Assembly (NCBI GenBank): GCA_046483305.1
Contig: JAWODM010000032.1
Span: 1 to 42,545 of the forward strand
Origin: Candidatus Krumholzibacteriales bacterium
Lineage (GTDB): Bacteria > Krumholzibacteriota > Krumholzibacteriia > Krumholzibacteriales > WJIX01
Reading direction: 5' to 3'
DNA length: 42,545 nucleotides
Numbering within the stretch: the stretch's first letter is position 1; every line of letters begins with the position of its first letter. Positions 1 to 9,963 of the stretch are shown here, piece after piece. Both the position numbers and the translations under genes were made by a program. The notes under the pieces are model-generated. The model did not search any database. It was given only the letters and a program-made list of their open reading frames with translations, and was not told where the DNA came from.

Positions 1-419
1 CTTTCCTCACCACTCTTGACTGTTACGTATACATTATGCTTGAGGATAGTCAGTACGATTGTACCACGGCTGCTCAGTTCAAGGTCAGCCTGGTCGACTC
101 CGACGGCAATCCCCTGGATTCATCAAAGTATGCCATCGCCTATACCGATTGGCCTGATTATACATTGACTATCGGCAGCCTTTTCGATGGCATCAGCGTA
201 GCCTTCACAAGGCCAATGTATTATAACACAGAAGGTCCGATCGAGCTTGTAAAGTTCGGCCTGATGCTTCTGGAAGACATTGATGAGCTGGCATTCAACA
301 TTGAAGCCGATCCTAACGATCCGGTAGACCGGGACCAGCCGATCATCACTCAGTGTGATCAGGACTACACCAAGGTCGAGGTTGGCGGACGCGACGCAGC
401 TATAAACTATACTGAATAA
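1..419 (+). CDS. Hypothetical protein, 5'-truncated by the window edge
   Basis: The frame of the ATG at 36 stays open back to position 3 (FLTTLDCYVYI-MLEDSQY...). Stop TAA at 417-419, followed by a terminator-like hairpin. Confidence 0.6.
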   Translation, partial: FLTTLDCYVYIMLEDSQYDCTTAAQFKVSLVDSDGNPLDSSKYAIAYTDWPDYTLTIGSLFDGISVAFTRPMYYNTEGPIELVKFGLMLLEDIDELAFNIEADPNDPVDRDQPIITQCDQDYTKVEVGGRDAAINYTE

Positions 420-451
420 TATATACTCAGTATAATATTAGCATTTATGCC

Positions 452-492
452 CCCCGGGAAAAGTGAGATAATCACTTTCCCGGGGTTTTTTT
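452..492 (+). terminator. Intrinsic terminator between convergent genes
   Basis: Hairpin CCCCGGGAAAAGTGA-gataa-TCACTTTCCCGGGG (one bulged A) followed by a T run. Confidence 0.8.
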
Positions 493-2680
493 AGAACAGG
501 TCCCTGAGTCTCTCCACCGCTTTTTTCTTTATTTCATCGGCCAGCTTCTGCCTGGCCTTTTCCCTTACTCCGCTCTGGTCCAGAGAAACACCGGGAGACT
601 GCGTGGTTCCGGTGATTTTGAAGGCAAGCACCAGGTTCCCTTCGTCATCTTTGAAATAATCAACTATCTCCCCCAGCTTCTTCAGGTCTTTCATCCTCTT
701 CTGCGCATCCGGAGGGATAATCAGGCTGGCGGCCAGATCCAGGCTTTTATCAAATCCCACTGTTCCGGTTCCGCTTATACGCCCGTCTCCCGATACCATT
801 TCGAGCTTCCTGATGGCCGCCCTTCCCCCGGAAACAACCATATCTCCGTCGCAGCTGTTAAAGTTGAAGTTCTCATATCTGGAAAGGTCCACCCCCAGGG
901 CCGCGGATACCGGACTGATGAATCTGGAAAAATCTACACCTCCGCCGTCTGAATGAAAAACCGCGCGCGCATGGAGAGAGTTCAGCGGATCGGCGTGAGG
1001 AGTCAAATTCATCCTGCCGTTACCGTTGAGGTCGAACTCTCCGTTCATTATATCCGCCGATGAAACGAGCCGGGAAAGCACTTTCCTGGAATCAATCTTC
1101 TTAACCGAAAAGTTAGCCACCGTAGCTATACTGGCAAGATCGGAAAAATCAGCGCTGGACGCCGATTCAATGCTTCCGCCCGCGTAGAGTGCGTTCGCGG
1201 GCATAATATGTATATTTCCGTCCCTGCCTTCAACTACCGTTTCTATGGCCGAAAAGGGGCCGTAAGGCGTCAGCAGCGTATCAACTTCCAGTTCAATTCT
1301 GGAATTCTTCAGAATCAGAACGGCAAAAGGGTTGGCAACCGCCGGGCTGGTTGATATATCGAAACCCCGTGAAGCCTCCTGACCGGCATCCTTGCTCTTC
1401 TCCTGAGCTTCCTTCCGCATTAATGGCCGGGCATCGAATTTGGTTCCCGATATCCTCATCTCAATCCTGGAGCCTGAATTGAGCCTGCTGAAAACCCTGC
1501 CGAAATTCTCCGGCGCGATGCCCCTGCCGCCTTCATTCTGAATCTGCCCCAGCTGGTAAAGCGCGGGGACCACTTCCGCCATGCTGCCTTCCAGAGAGAA
1601 GGGCTCCCCTCCGAGCCTGAAATCGGCTTTTATACTATTAACTCCCTGCTGATCGATATCCGACTCAAGGTCCAGCTCCGAAACAGCCGGCATCGGGGCG
1701 CCGGCATCCGCGGAGAAATCCTTGAGTTCAAACCTGCCATTCAGAGAGAAAGTTTCCTCCCGGAACGGGGGGCCTTCCTTGAACTCCGCGAGCTGTACAA
1801 CCCCCTCCAGAGCCAGGTCAGCGGAACCCGCGAATTCAGCCCCCTCCAGCTCCATCACTTTGACCAATTCCCCTATCTGAGCGGCGGTTCTGCTTTCAAA
1901 CTCCAGCCGGCGGGGCTCCGAGGAAGGACTCATCAGAAGTTTAAAATCAATATCTGAGGTCAGGTTGCCGGATGTTATCCTCATATCCTCCGACTCTATT
2001 TCCAGGCCGGCCAGTCCTACAGTGGCGGTGATATCAGTTTCAGGCATCTTCAAGGGAAGTATGAATCCTGCTATCCTGATATCCGTTTCCAGGCTGGTCC
2101 GGGGAAACAGCTCGCCTTCCGATTTCCGGGGAGGAAGGGCTGTTCTGGCAATACCGCTCATTTTCATGCCTGTAACACCTTTTAATTCAGCGTCTTTCCG
2201 GGTCATAACCAGAACAGAATCAACTTCCAGGTCATAATTTATGATGTAATCTTCTCCGCTGGGATTTACTGACATATCAGCCTGTATGGCTCCCGCCGAT
2301 GCAGTCAACCCTCCGGGATCGGAAATTTTTATGGCTGCTCCCGACAGAACCACCGCGCTTAGCCTCGGTTTCCTGCGGATCAGGGATACGAGGGAAGCCT
2401 TCACGCTGACCTTATCCGAGCTGAAATCCAGCTCCCTCTGATTCTCCAGATTTTTTCGGAAGGCAATATTTTCAGCTTCCACTCCGAAACCGAAAGGAAA
2501 TTCAACCCCGATATCTCCTACCTCAATCTCCGCGTCCAGCGCCTTCTCGGCCCTCGGCACCAGTATACTCAACAGCCGCTCCCGCGTGAAAATTACCCTC
2601 AGAGCGATACTGGAAATGATAATAACGGTCAGAATAACCAGTGCGGTGATAAGAAGTGCCCGCCTTCTCCCTGTTTTCAT
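491..2680 (-). CDS. AsmA-like family protein (bridge-like lipid transfer protein)
   Basis: 729 aa. Basic N-terminus plus a single TM anchor, beta-rich body, and an AsmA_2-like C-terminus (GRISGTGTVGFDKSLDL...LAFKITGTTQSPGVSLD). Confidence 0.75.
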   Translation of the reverse strand: MKTGRRRALLITALVILTVIIISSIALRVIFTRERLLSILVPRAEKALDAEIEVGDIGVEFPFGFGVEAENIAFRKNLENQRELDFSSDKVSVKASLVSLIRRKPRLSAVVLSGAAIKISDPGGLTASAGAIQADMSVNPSGEDYIINYDLEVDSVLVMTRKDAELKGVTGMKMSGIARTALPPRKSEGELFPRTSLETDIRIAGFILPLKMPETDITATVGLAGLEIESEDMRITSGNLTSDIDFKLLMSPSSEPRRLEFESRTAAQIGELVKVMELEGAEFAGSADLALEGVVQLAEFKEGPPFREETFSLNGRFELKDFSADAGAPMPAVSELDLESDIDQQGVNSIKADFRLGGEPFSLEGSMAEVVPALYQLGQIQNEGGRGIAPENFGRVFSRLNSGSRIEMRISGTKFDARPLMRKEAQEKSKDAGQEASRGFDISTSPAVANPFAVLILKNSRIELEVDTLLTPYGPFSAIETVVEGRDGNIHIMPANALYAGGSIESASSADFSDLASIATVANFSVKKIDSRKVLSRLVSSADIMNGEFDLNGNGRMNLTPHADPLNSLHARAVFHSDGGGVDFSRFISPVSAALGVDLSRYENFNFNSCDGDMVVSGGRAAIRKLEMVSGDGRISGTGTVGFDKSLDLAASLIIPPDAQKRMKDLKKLGEIVDYFKDDEGNLVLAFKITGTTQSPGVSLDQSGVREKARQKLADEIKKKAVERLRDLF

Positions 2681-2752
2681 TGAATAACCACCCCCGATAA
2701 GTTAAAGTCTGCAATTGAAGCATATCTACGATAACCGCGAAAGGGTTTTACC

Positions 2753-5700
2753 ATGTCTAAATATCTATCTACCATTTTTACCTCATTTTGTCTAATTATA
2801 TCAATCTCTCTCCCCGCTTATTCCATGGAGGGGAGGTTGATGCGGCACCCGGATATTCATGATGAAACGGTGGTTTTCACTTATGAGGACGACATCTGGT
2901 CGTCTCCCGCGGGAGGCGGCATGGCCAGGCGCCTCACCTCACACCCCGGGATCGAGCAATACGCCAGTTTCTCCCCGGACGGCAAATTTATCGCCTTTAC
3001 CGGAAGTTATGACGGCGGGCATGACGTTTATCTTATGCCCGCGCAGGGAGGAGAACCGGTACGGCTTACCTTCCATCCCGCTTATGACCGGGTAGAAGGA
3101 TGGACGCCTGATGGGAGCTCTGTGATATTCATCTCTTTCAGGGAAACCAGGAGGAAACTCTACAGGATAGAGACAGACGGCTCATTTCCGGTGGAATATA
3201 AACTGGGCAGAGTAGCCCACGCCTCGGTATCTCCCGAAGGCGTCTGTTTCAACCGCTTCTACTCGGACAGAATGAACTGGAAAGGGTACCGGGGCGGAAA
3301 ACAGCAGGATATATGGATAGCGGAGGCGGACGGAAGAAACTTCGAGAAGCTGACCGGCTGGGAGGGTTACGACAACTTCCCGATATGGATAAATGACCAG
3401 ATATTCTTCAACTCTGACCGGGAGGGAGGGAGAATGAACCTCCACCTCTACGACCTGAAGTCCGGGAATATTACCCGGGTTACAGACCACGGAGATTGGG
3501 ATGTTGAGTTTCCCTCCGGCGGCAGGAACAGAATCATCTACGGGTGCGCCGGGTATCTCTGGGTATACGATATCCTTACCGGAAGCTCGGAAAAACTGGA
3601 CATAAACATCCCGGCGGACAGGTGGCAGAGAAGAGATACCTATATTACTCCCATGAATTATACCCAGGAGCTTTCCCCGGACAGGACCGGCGGCAGGTGT
3701 GTGGTTCAGGCCAGGGGCGATATCTACATCGTGGACCAGAAGAAGCAGCGGGCCGTCAACATAACCAGGACCCCCGGTTCCAGAGAACTTCATCCGGCTA
3801 TCTCCTGCCGGCAGGACACGGTGGCCTTCTTCTCCGACAGGTCCGGGGAATACGAACTATACGTCACCGAAGCTGAACCGGGCGGGGAGTGGAAACAGAT
3901 AACTTCAGGTTCCGGGAGTTACTATTATCATCTCAAGTGGTCGCCTGACGGAAGAAAAATATTATTCGGCGACAAGGACTTCGTTATTCGCCTGGCCGAC
4001 CTGGATACCGGCGGAATAGTGGAGATTGACCGCTGTCCGTACCAGAAGGACAACGAGATCTACTGGGAAGTAAGCGATTATTCCTGGTCGCCGGACAGCA
4101 GATGGGTGGCCTACTCCCTGGTGGAAGAGAACCTGAACAGCTCCATATTTCTCTATCACCCGAAAACCGGCGACAGAATCAGGTTGACCGATGACCGTTA
4201 CGATGATTATTCCCCCGCCTTCGGAGCCGGCGGTAACTGTATCTATTTCCTTTCGCTTCGCAATTTCTCTCCACAGCTGGACTGGATGATGGACAATAAC
4301 ATCAACCAGGATATGTCCATGGTGATGGCGGTTCAGCTGAGAAAGGGCGAAGAGCCGCTGTTCGAAAACGGCGGGGAGGAAGATACCGGAACCGCTGATA
4401 AAAACGATTCGCATGCCGATTCACTGGTTATAGACCGGGACGGCATAACAGAGAGGGTCTATACAGTGCCGGTTCCGCCTGGAACGTATAAGAACCTTTC
4501 GGCTTCAGAAGGCCGCATTACCTACCTCTCCAGAGAAAATTACGGATTCCCCGGGGTCCAGGAATTCTTCTACCCGAAACGGTCTTCTCATTACACTCTC
4601 AACTCCTTCGATCTTGATTCGAAGGAGGTTACCAGAGTGATAGAAGGGATAGGGTCCTACAGATTATCGGCCGACGGGAGCAGCGCTTCATACATAAGCG
4701 GATCTCTGGCCGGAGTTATCAGCGTCGAAAAGAGTTCTTCGCTGGGCGAGGGCCTGCTTAAATGGGGAGGTATCAGGCACCGGGTGGATACCTCCAGAGA
4801 GTATTCACAGATTTACAGGGATGTGTGGAGGCAGATAAGAGACTTCTTCTACGATCCCGCTCTGCACGGTAAGGACTGGGACGGCATTTATGATAAATAC
4901 AGGGCGCTTATACCTTACATCGCCACCAGGGCCGACATGAACTATATCATCGGGCATATGATAGGAGAACTGACAGCTTCACACGAGTACATAGTAAACT
5001 CCGGGGGTCCTCCCCGGACCTATTACAACAGGGTCAGCACCGGGCTTCTGGGAGCAGACCTCGAGCCCGATTACCGCAGCGGGCGTTATCGATTCAGCCA
5101 TATAATAGAAGGAAACCGCTGGAAGGAGAATTACCGCAATCCCCTGCTGGCCCCCCACATCCAGCTGGAGGAGGGGGATTACCTGATTTCGATAAACGGG
5201 CATGACGTCACTACCGAAGAAAACTACTTCAAGTATCTGGAGAACAGGACCGGGGACAGGATTGAAATAGGAGTATCCTCCACTCCCGACACCTCCGGTA
5301 CCAGAAAGTATGAAATAGAAACACTGTATACCGAATACAATCTCAGGTACTACCAGAGGATCGAAAGAAACTACCGGCACGTAAAACAAAAAACCGGCGG
5401 GAGGGTCGGATACATGCATCTGTCCGACATGGATGAGCTGGGCCTAAGCCAGTTCGAGAAAGGATTCAGGGCTGAGCGTTACCGGGACGGGCTGATCATA
5501 GATGTAAGGAACAACGGCGGGGGGTTCGTTTCCTGGTTCATCATAGACAAGATAGAGAGGCAGCTCCAATATATGACTGTGACCCGCGATTTTAAACCGA
5601 TGCGCTATCCCCACGGAGTATGCCCGGGGCCGGTGGTGGTTCTTTGCGACGAAGACACCGGAAGCGACGGAGAGATCTTCACCCGGCACTTCAAGGACCA

Positions 5701-5998
5701 GAATCTGGGAACGGTAATCGGAGCGCCTACCTGGGGCGGATTGATAGGCATAATAAATATGATCCCGCTTACCGACGGCGGGATGGTCACGCAGTCGAAT
5801 GTCGGATTCGCCAATTTAGAGGGGAAGTGGATAGTTGAAAACAGGGGGGTTCAGCCCGATATCCTGATATACAACAGGCCGGAAGATATTATAAGGGGGA
5901 AAGATAAACAACTGGACCTTGCCGTCGAATACATTCTGGACAGAATAGGGAACAGGGAAGATGACGAACTGAATCCGCCGGATTTCCCGGTTAAGTAG
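2753..5998 (+). CDS. Secreted tricorn-like protease (S41 family; beta-propellers, PDZ, catalytic domain)
   Basis: Signal peptide, PD40 repeats (FSPDG, WTPDG, WSPDG), ELTASH (catalytic His), IIDVRNNGGG, TGSDGE (catalytic Ser), TWGG, VENRGVQPDI. Confidence 0.93.
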   Translation: MSKYLSTIFTSFCLIISISLPAYSMEGRLMRHPDIHDETVVFTYEDDIWSSPAGGGMARRLTSHPGIEQYASFSPDGKFIAFTGSYDGGHDVYLMPAQGGEPVRLTFHPAYDRVEGWTPDGSSVIFISFRETRRKLYRIETDGSFPVEYKLGRVAHASVSPEGVCFNRFYSDRMNWKGYRGGKQQDIWIAEADGRNFEKLTGWEGYDNFPIWINDQIFFNSDREGGRMNLHLYDLKSGNITRVTDHGDWDVEFPSGGRNRIIYGCAGYLWVYDILTGSSEKLDINIPADRWQRRDTYITPMNYTQELSPDRTGGRCVVQARGDIYIVDQKKQRAVNITRTPGSRELHPAISCRQDTVAFFSDRSGEYELYVTEAEPGGEWKQITSGSGSYYYHLKWSPDGRKILFGDKDFVIRLADLDTGGIVEIDRCPYQKDNEIYWEVSDYSWSPDSRWVAYSLVEENLNSSIFLYHPKTGDRIRLTDDRYDDYSPAFGAGGNCIYFLSLRNFSPQLDWMMDNNINQDMSMVMAVQLRKGEEPLFENGGEEDTGTADKNDSHADSLVIDRDGITERVYTVPVPPGTYKNLSASEGRITYLSRENYGFPGVQEFFYPKRSSHYTLNSFDLDSKEVTRVIEGIGSYRLSADGSSASYISGSLAGVISVEKSSSLGEGLLKWGGIRHRVDTSREYSQIYRDVWRQIRDFFYDPALHGKDWDGIYDKYRALIPYIATRADMNYIIGHMIGELTASHEYIVNSGGPPRTYYNRVSTGLLGADLEPDYRSGRYRFSHIIEGNRWKENYRNPLLAPHIQLEEGDYLISINGHDVTTEENYFKYLENRTGDRIEIGVSSTPDTSGTRKYEIETLYTEYNLRYYQRIERNYRHVKQKTGGRVGYMHLSDMDELGLSQFEKGFRAERYRDGLIIDVRNNGGGFVSWFIIDKIERQLQYMTVTRDFKPMRYPHGVCPGPVVVLCDEDTGSDGEIFTRHFKDQNLGTVIGAPTWGGLIGIINMIPLTDGGMVTQSNVGFANLEGKWIVENRGVQPDILIYNRPEDIIRGKDKQLDLAVEYILDRIGNREDDELNPPDFPVK

Positions 5999-6174
5999 AG
6001 TCAGGGACGGGGGTTATCAACTGGGCACAATAAACTCATCCCGGTATATTATTAATAATCCTTTACCTTTAATCCGATTTTATGTAAATATAATATAGAA
6101 AGGTACTTTTTTAACCCCTCCGTATTAAAAAAAGAAATTCTGTAAATGCGGTTTAAATCAAATACAGAAATCAG

Positions 6175-7662
6175 GTGAACGATAAAATGAATATTCTGCT
6201 TGTTAATCCGAAAACCCCTCCCACTTTTCACAGCTTCAAGTACGCTCTGAAGTTTATCAGGAAAACCATATCCCCACCCCTCGGCCTGCTCACCGTATCA
6301 TCGATGCTTCCGGACGATTGGAACAGAAAACTGGTCGATATGAATGTAGAGGATCTGAACACCGAAGATATAAGATGGGCTGATTACGTCTTTATAACCG
6401 GAATGGATATTCAGATAGACTACTTCAGAGAGGTTCTGGCGCAGTGTAAACAGGAAGAAACTAAAATCGTTGCGGGCGGCCCGATGGTCACCTTTGAATA
6501 CGAAAGCTTCCCGGAAGTGGATCATTTCATTCTGAACGAAGCCGAAATCACCCTTCCCGAATTTCTCCATGACCTGGAGAAAGGTAACCCAAAAAGGGTT
6601 TACTCCTCGACCCGGTTCCCGGATATATCCGAGACCCCCATCCCGGACTGGGACCTTCTTAACAGGAAAAAATACTATATGATGAACGTTCAGTACTCCC
6701 GGGGGTGCCCTTACAACTGCGAATTCTGCAGCATCACGGCCCTGAACGGCAGGAAACCGAGAACAAAGAATACCGGCCAGTTCCTCGCAGAACTGGACAG
6801 CCTTCTGAATAAGGGATGGAAGGGAGCCATCTTCATAGTGGATGATAACTTTATCGGCAACAGGAATAAGCTGAAGAAAGACACCCTGCCGGCCCTGGTG
6901 GAATGGTCCAGGAAACATCACTATCCCTTCACCTTTTCCACCGAAGTCTCCATCAACCTGGCCGACGACCAGGAACTCATCAATCTTATGGTGGAAGCCG
7001 GGTTTAAAACAATATTCGTGGGGATCGAAACACCGAACGAAGAGAGCCTGCGAGAATGCGGCAAATTCCACAATCTGAACCGCGATATGCTCGAGTCTGT
7101 TAAGACACTCCAGGGGAACGGGCTCATCGTGACAGCCGGTTTCATCGTCGGTTTTGACAACGACACAGAGGCGGTATTCGAACAGCAGGAAAATTTCATC
7201 CAGAGAAGCGGTATTATCTCAGCCATGGTAGGGCTTCTGAAGGCGCCCCACGGCAGCCGGCTGTACGAACGAGTCCGCAGAGAGGGAAGGCTGCTGGGCC
7301 GCAACAGCGGGAACAATATGGACGGGGCGATGAATTTCCTTCCCAGGATGGACTCTGAGAAACTGATGCAGGGGTACAAAAACCTGCTCGAATCGCTCTA
7401 TTCACCCAAGCAGTACTATCAGAGGATAAAGAGATTCATCAGTGACTATCAACCGAGGCTTCGACGCAGGCAAGGTATTGACATGAATGACATCCTGGGA
7501 TTCTTCAGGTCAATCTGGACACTGGGTATCCAGGAAAAGGGAAGACTGTATTTCTGGAAGACCCTTTTATACAGCCTGTTTACAAAACCAAAATCCGTTC
7601 CCACCATGGTAGTGTACGCGGCGTATGGCTACCATTTCAGGAAGATCGTATCATCCCTTTAG
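6175..7662 (+). CDS. B12-binding radical SAM protein (DUF4070-type C-terminus)
   Basis: PPLGLLTV and VAGGP cobalamin-binding domain, RGCPYNCEFC radical SAM motif, FIVDDNF, FVGIE. Start is GTG 6175 or ATG 6187. Confidence 0.9.
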   Translation: MNDKMNILLVNPKTPPTFHSFKYALKFIRKTISPPLGLLTVSSMLPDDWNRKLVDMNVEDLNTEDIRWADYVFITGMDIQIDYFREVLAQCKQEETKIVAGGPMVTFEYESFPEVDHFILNEAEITLPEFLHDLEKGNPKRVYSSTRFPDISETPIPDWDLLNRKKYYMMNVQYSRGCPYNCEFCSITALNGRKPRTKNTGQFLAELDSLLNKGWKGAIFIVDDNFIGNRNKLKKDTLPALVEWSRKHHYPFTFSTEVSINLADDQELINLMVEAGFKTIFVGIETPNEESLRECGKFHNLNRDMLESVKTLQGNGLIVTAGFIVGFDNDTEAVFEQQENFIQRSGIISAMVGLLKAPHGSRLYERVRREGRLLGRNSGNNMDGAMNFLPRMDSEKLMQGYKNLLESLYSPKQYYQRIKRFISDYQPRLRRRQGIDMNDILGFFRSIWTLGIQEKGRLYFWKTLLYSLFTKPKSVPTMVVYAAYGYHFRKIVSSL

Positions 7663-7688
7663 AAATTTGCCGGATTTTATAATTAAGG

Positions 7689-8156
7689 TCAGTGGCCGCT
7701 GCCGCGCATCATCTCCAGAGCGTGCTCCAGCACTTCTGAGATTATCCCCGCGCAGAAGACGGCGCCTTTTTCCGAACCGGGGAAGTTAACGATCAGGGTG
7801 CCGGCGGCGATACCCGCAGCCCCCCTGGATAAAGCCGCGTTGGGGGTCTGTTCGAAAGACCTTGCTCTGAGGTACTCAGCGATCCCCGGAACTGCCCTTT
7901 CACAGAACTCATCGGTTGCTTCCGGAGTTATATCGCGCGGGCCCAGCCCGGTACCGCCGGTGGTAATGATTACATCGAACTCCCCGCTACCTCTGAAAAC
8001 TTCCAGTATACGTCTCTTTTCATCCGGGACGGTTTTTCTTTCTATACTGCTCCCCGGAATCTTCTCTCTGAGGACCTTCTCTATCGCGGGCCCCGATCTG
8101 TCCCGGTATACACCGGCCGAGACCCTGTCAGAAACTGTAAGTACCAGTACTTTCAC
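7689..8156 (-). CDS. mogA: Molybdopterin adenylyltransferase (MogA/MoaB family)
   Basis: VLTVSD, ITTGGTGLGPRDITPEAT, LSRGAAG, NFPGS. GTG start with a GGAGG RBS inside the upstream MOSC gene. Confidence 0.9.
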   Translation of the reverse strand: MKVLVLTVSDRVSAGVYRDRSGPAIEKVLREKIPGSSIERKTVPDEKRRILEVFRGSGEFDVIITTGGTGLGPRDITPEATDEFCERAVPGIAEYLRARSFEQTPNAALSRGAAGIAAGTLIVNFPGSEKGAVFCAGIISEVLEHALEMMRGSGH

Positions 8157-8571
8157 GGTTAATCACCCCTCCCTTTATTACACGGGCAAAGATGCCGCGC
8201 CGCGGCATCACGCAGTCGCCGGTCAGTTCCATTATTTCGCAGCCGCTGTGGCACTTCTTCCCTATCTGGGTAACCTCCAGTTCGGTATCCCCGACCCTTA
8301 TCCGGGCTCCCACAGGGATAGAGGGAAGTTCTATGCCACGGGTGGTTATATTCTCGGCGAAATCCCCCGGCTTCAGTCCCGGGATCTCCTGTTTCACCGG
8401 TTCAATATCTTCCATGGCCAGAAAAGATACCTGGCGGTGATGGTCACCGGCGTGGGCGTCTCCTTCGATGCCATGCCCCCGGCGCAGGGTTATCTCATCA
8501 ACCGGCCTCTTTCTCATACCTTTCTTACCGGAAATATTCACTGAGACTATATTGAACTTCAGCTTTTCCAT
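8128..8571 (-). CDS. MOSC domain-containing protein
   Basis: GIEGDAH, RQVS, PGDFAENITTRG, TQIGKKCHSGC, CVMPRRGIFARVIKGG. Confidence 0.9.
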   Translation of the reverse strand: MEKLKFNIVSVNISGKKGMRKRPVDEITLRRGHGIEGDAHAGDHHRQVSFLAMEDIEPVKQEIPGLKPGDFAENITTRGIELPSIPVGARIRVGDTELEVTQIGKKCHSGCEIMELTGDCVMPRRGIFARVIKGGVINRESTGTYSF

Positions 8572-8607
8572 AATCCTCCTCCATCCTCCCGGCCGTGTCG
8601 ATTCTTC

Positions 8608-9060
8608 CTAATCCTGCTGTTCCTTCTCCTTGGAAACCAGCCTGATACCCTCAATTCTCATATCCCGGGACACCGATTTACACATATCATATACAGTCAG
8701 AGCCGCCACAGAGACCGCTGTCAGAGCTTCCATCTCCACCCCTGTCCTTGCGCTGGTAACTGCCGCCGCTGTTATCATTATCCGGTCATCTGAGACTTCG
8801 AATTCAATGGAGATATGATCCAGCGGAAGAGGATGGCAAAGCGGTATCAGCTCCCCTGTTCTCTTCGCCGCCATTATGCCGGCGACTCTGGCGGCGGAGA
8901 GAGGGTCTCCCTTCTTGAGAGACCTGTCCCTGAGGCCCTTTATCACATCCGTTCCGACAATAATCAACCCCTCCGCCCTTGCGCGCCTTTTGACTGCCGG
9001 CTTCCCGGAAACATCCACCATCCTGGCCCTGCCCTGGTTATCCAGATGCGAAAAATCCAT
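8608..9060 (-). CDS. moaC: Cyclic pyranopterin monophosphate synthase MoaC
   Basis: FSHLDNQGRARMVDVSGK, LIPLCHPL, TGVEMEALTAV, YDMCK. Start moved to ATG 9060, which has a GGAGG RBS. Confidence 0.95.
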   Translation of the reverse strand: MDFSHLDNQGRARMVDVSGKPAVKRRARAEGLIIVGTDVIKGLRDRSLKKGDPLSAARVAGIMAAKRTGELIPLCHPLPLDHISIEFEVSDDRIMITAAAVTSARTGVEMEALTAVSVAALTVYDMCKSVSRDMRIEGIRLVSKEKEQQD

Positions 9061-9122
9061 CCTGACTCCCTCCCCCTTCGAAGATACTAACTGTTTCATG
9101 GAAATAAACCCGGATCACTGCT

Positions 9123-9935
9123 TCAGCCTCCTATCTGGCTCATGGTTCTGTTCCTGCAGGCGGTTCCCCTGAGGGGCTTCTTCTGCACCGTCTCCATTAT
9201 ACTCTTTTCGATATCGTTCATGTCCACCTTAATCTCCCTGTTGGAGAACAGGCAGGGCTTGAAATATCCGTCCGCGGTAAGCCTGATCCTGTTGCATAGA
9301 GAGCAGGACTGCGGCCTGTCAAATGAAAAGGGAAGCTGCTGCTGACGGCTGTAAAGCGAAAACTCCTTTATCTGCTGAAGAATGAAACCATTTTCTCCGC
9401 AGAATTTCTTCATCCGTTCTACATCTTCCTGAGTGGTCCCGGCTGTAATAACCATATTTATCTTAACCGGAAGCAGCCCCGCCCCCGCAGCCGCGTCAGC
9501 CCCGGCAAGCACCTCGCTCAGTTCCCCGCCGCCGGTCAGCTTCCTGAAACGTTCCGGATCAAGAGTATCCATGGATATATTCACTCTGTCCAGCCCGGCC
9601 TCTTTCAGAGCGGACGCCATTGCGGGGGTCAGGAGCGACCCGTTGGTAGTCATGGAAAGCTCCTTCACTCCGGGAGTCTCCGACAGCATTGCGGCCAGCA
9701 CCTCGAAATCCCTTCTCACCAGCGGCTCCCCTCCGGTAAGCCTTACCTTCCAAATACCCAGAGAGGCGCCAACCCGGGCTATCTCAGTTACTTCCTCAAA
9801 CGACAGTATCTGGTCCCTCGGTTTGAGCTCGATCCCCTCGTGCGGCATACAGTACCTGCACCTGAAGTTGCATTTGTCGGTTACCGAAATCCTCAGGTAT
9901 TCTATTTTTCTGCCGTAACGGTCCTTCAGCGCCAC
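9123..9935 (-). CDS. moaA: GTP 3',8-cyclase MoaA (short, 270 aa)
   Basis: DRYGRKIEYLRISVTDKCNFRCRYC, RLTGGEPL, auxiliary cluster motif CSLCNRIRLTADG...C, C-terminal MSQIGG. Confidence 0.92.
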   Translation of the reverse strand: MALKDRYGRKIEYLRISVTDKCNFRCRYCMPHEGIELKPRDQILSFEEVTEIARVGASLGIWKVRLTGGEPLVRRDFEVLAAMLSETPGVKELSMTTNGSLLTPAMASALKEAGLDRVNISMDTLDPERFRKLTGGGELSEVLAGADAAAGAGLLPVKINMVITAGTTQEDVERMKKFCGENGFILQQIKEFSLYSRQQQLPFSFDRPQSCSLCNRIRLTADGYFKPCLFSNREIKVDMNDIEKSIMETVQKKPLRGTACRNRTMSQIGG

Positions 9936-9963
9936 CTGTCAATCCTTACGGTTAAAAATATAT

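Noticed and set aside
7689..8571. Possible frameshifted MOSC-MogA fusion (29-bp overlap)
   Set aside because: The MOSC gene is full length and mogA has its own GGAGG RBS and GTG start, so this is a simple overlap.
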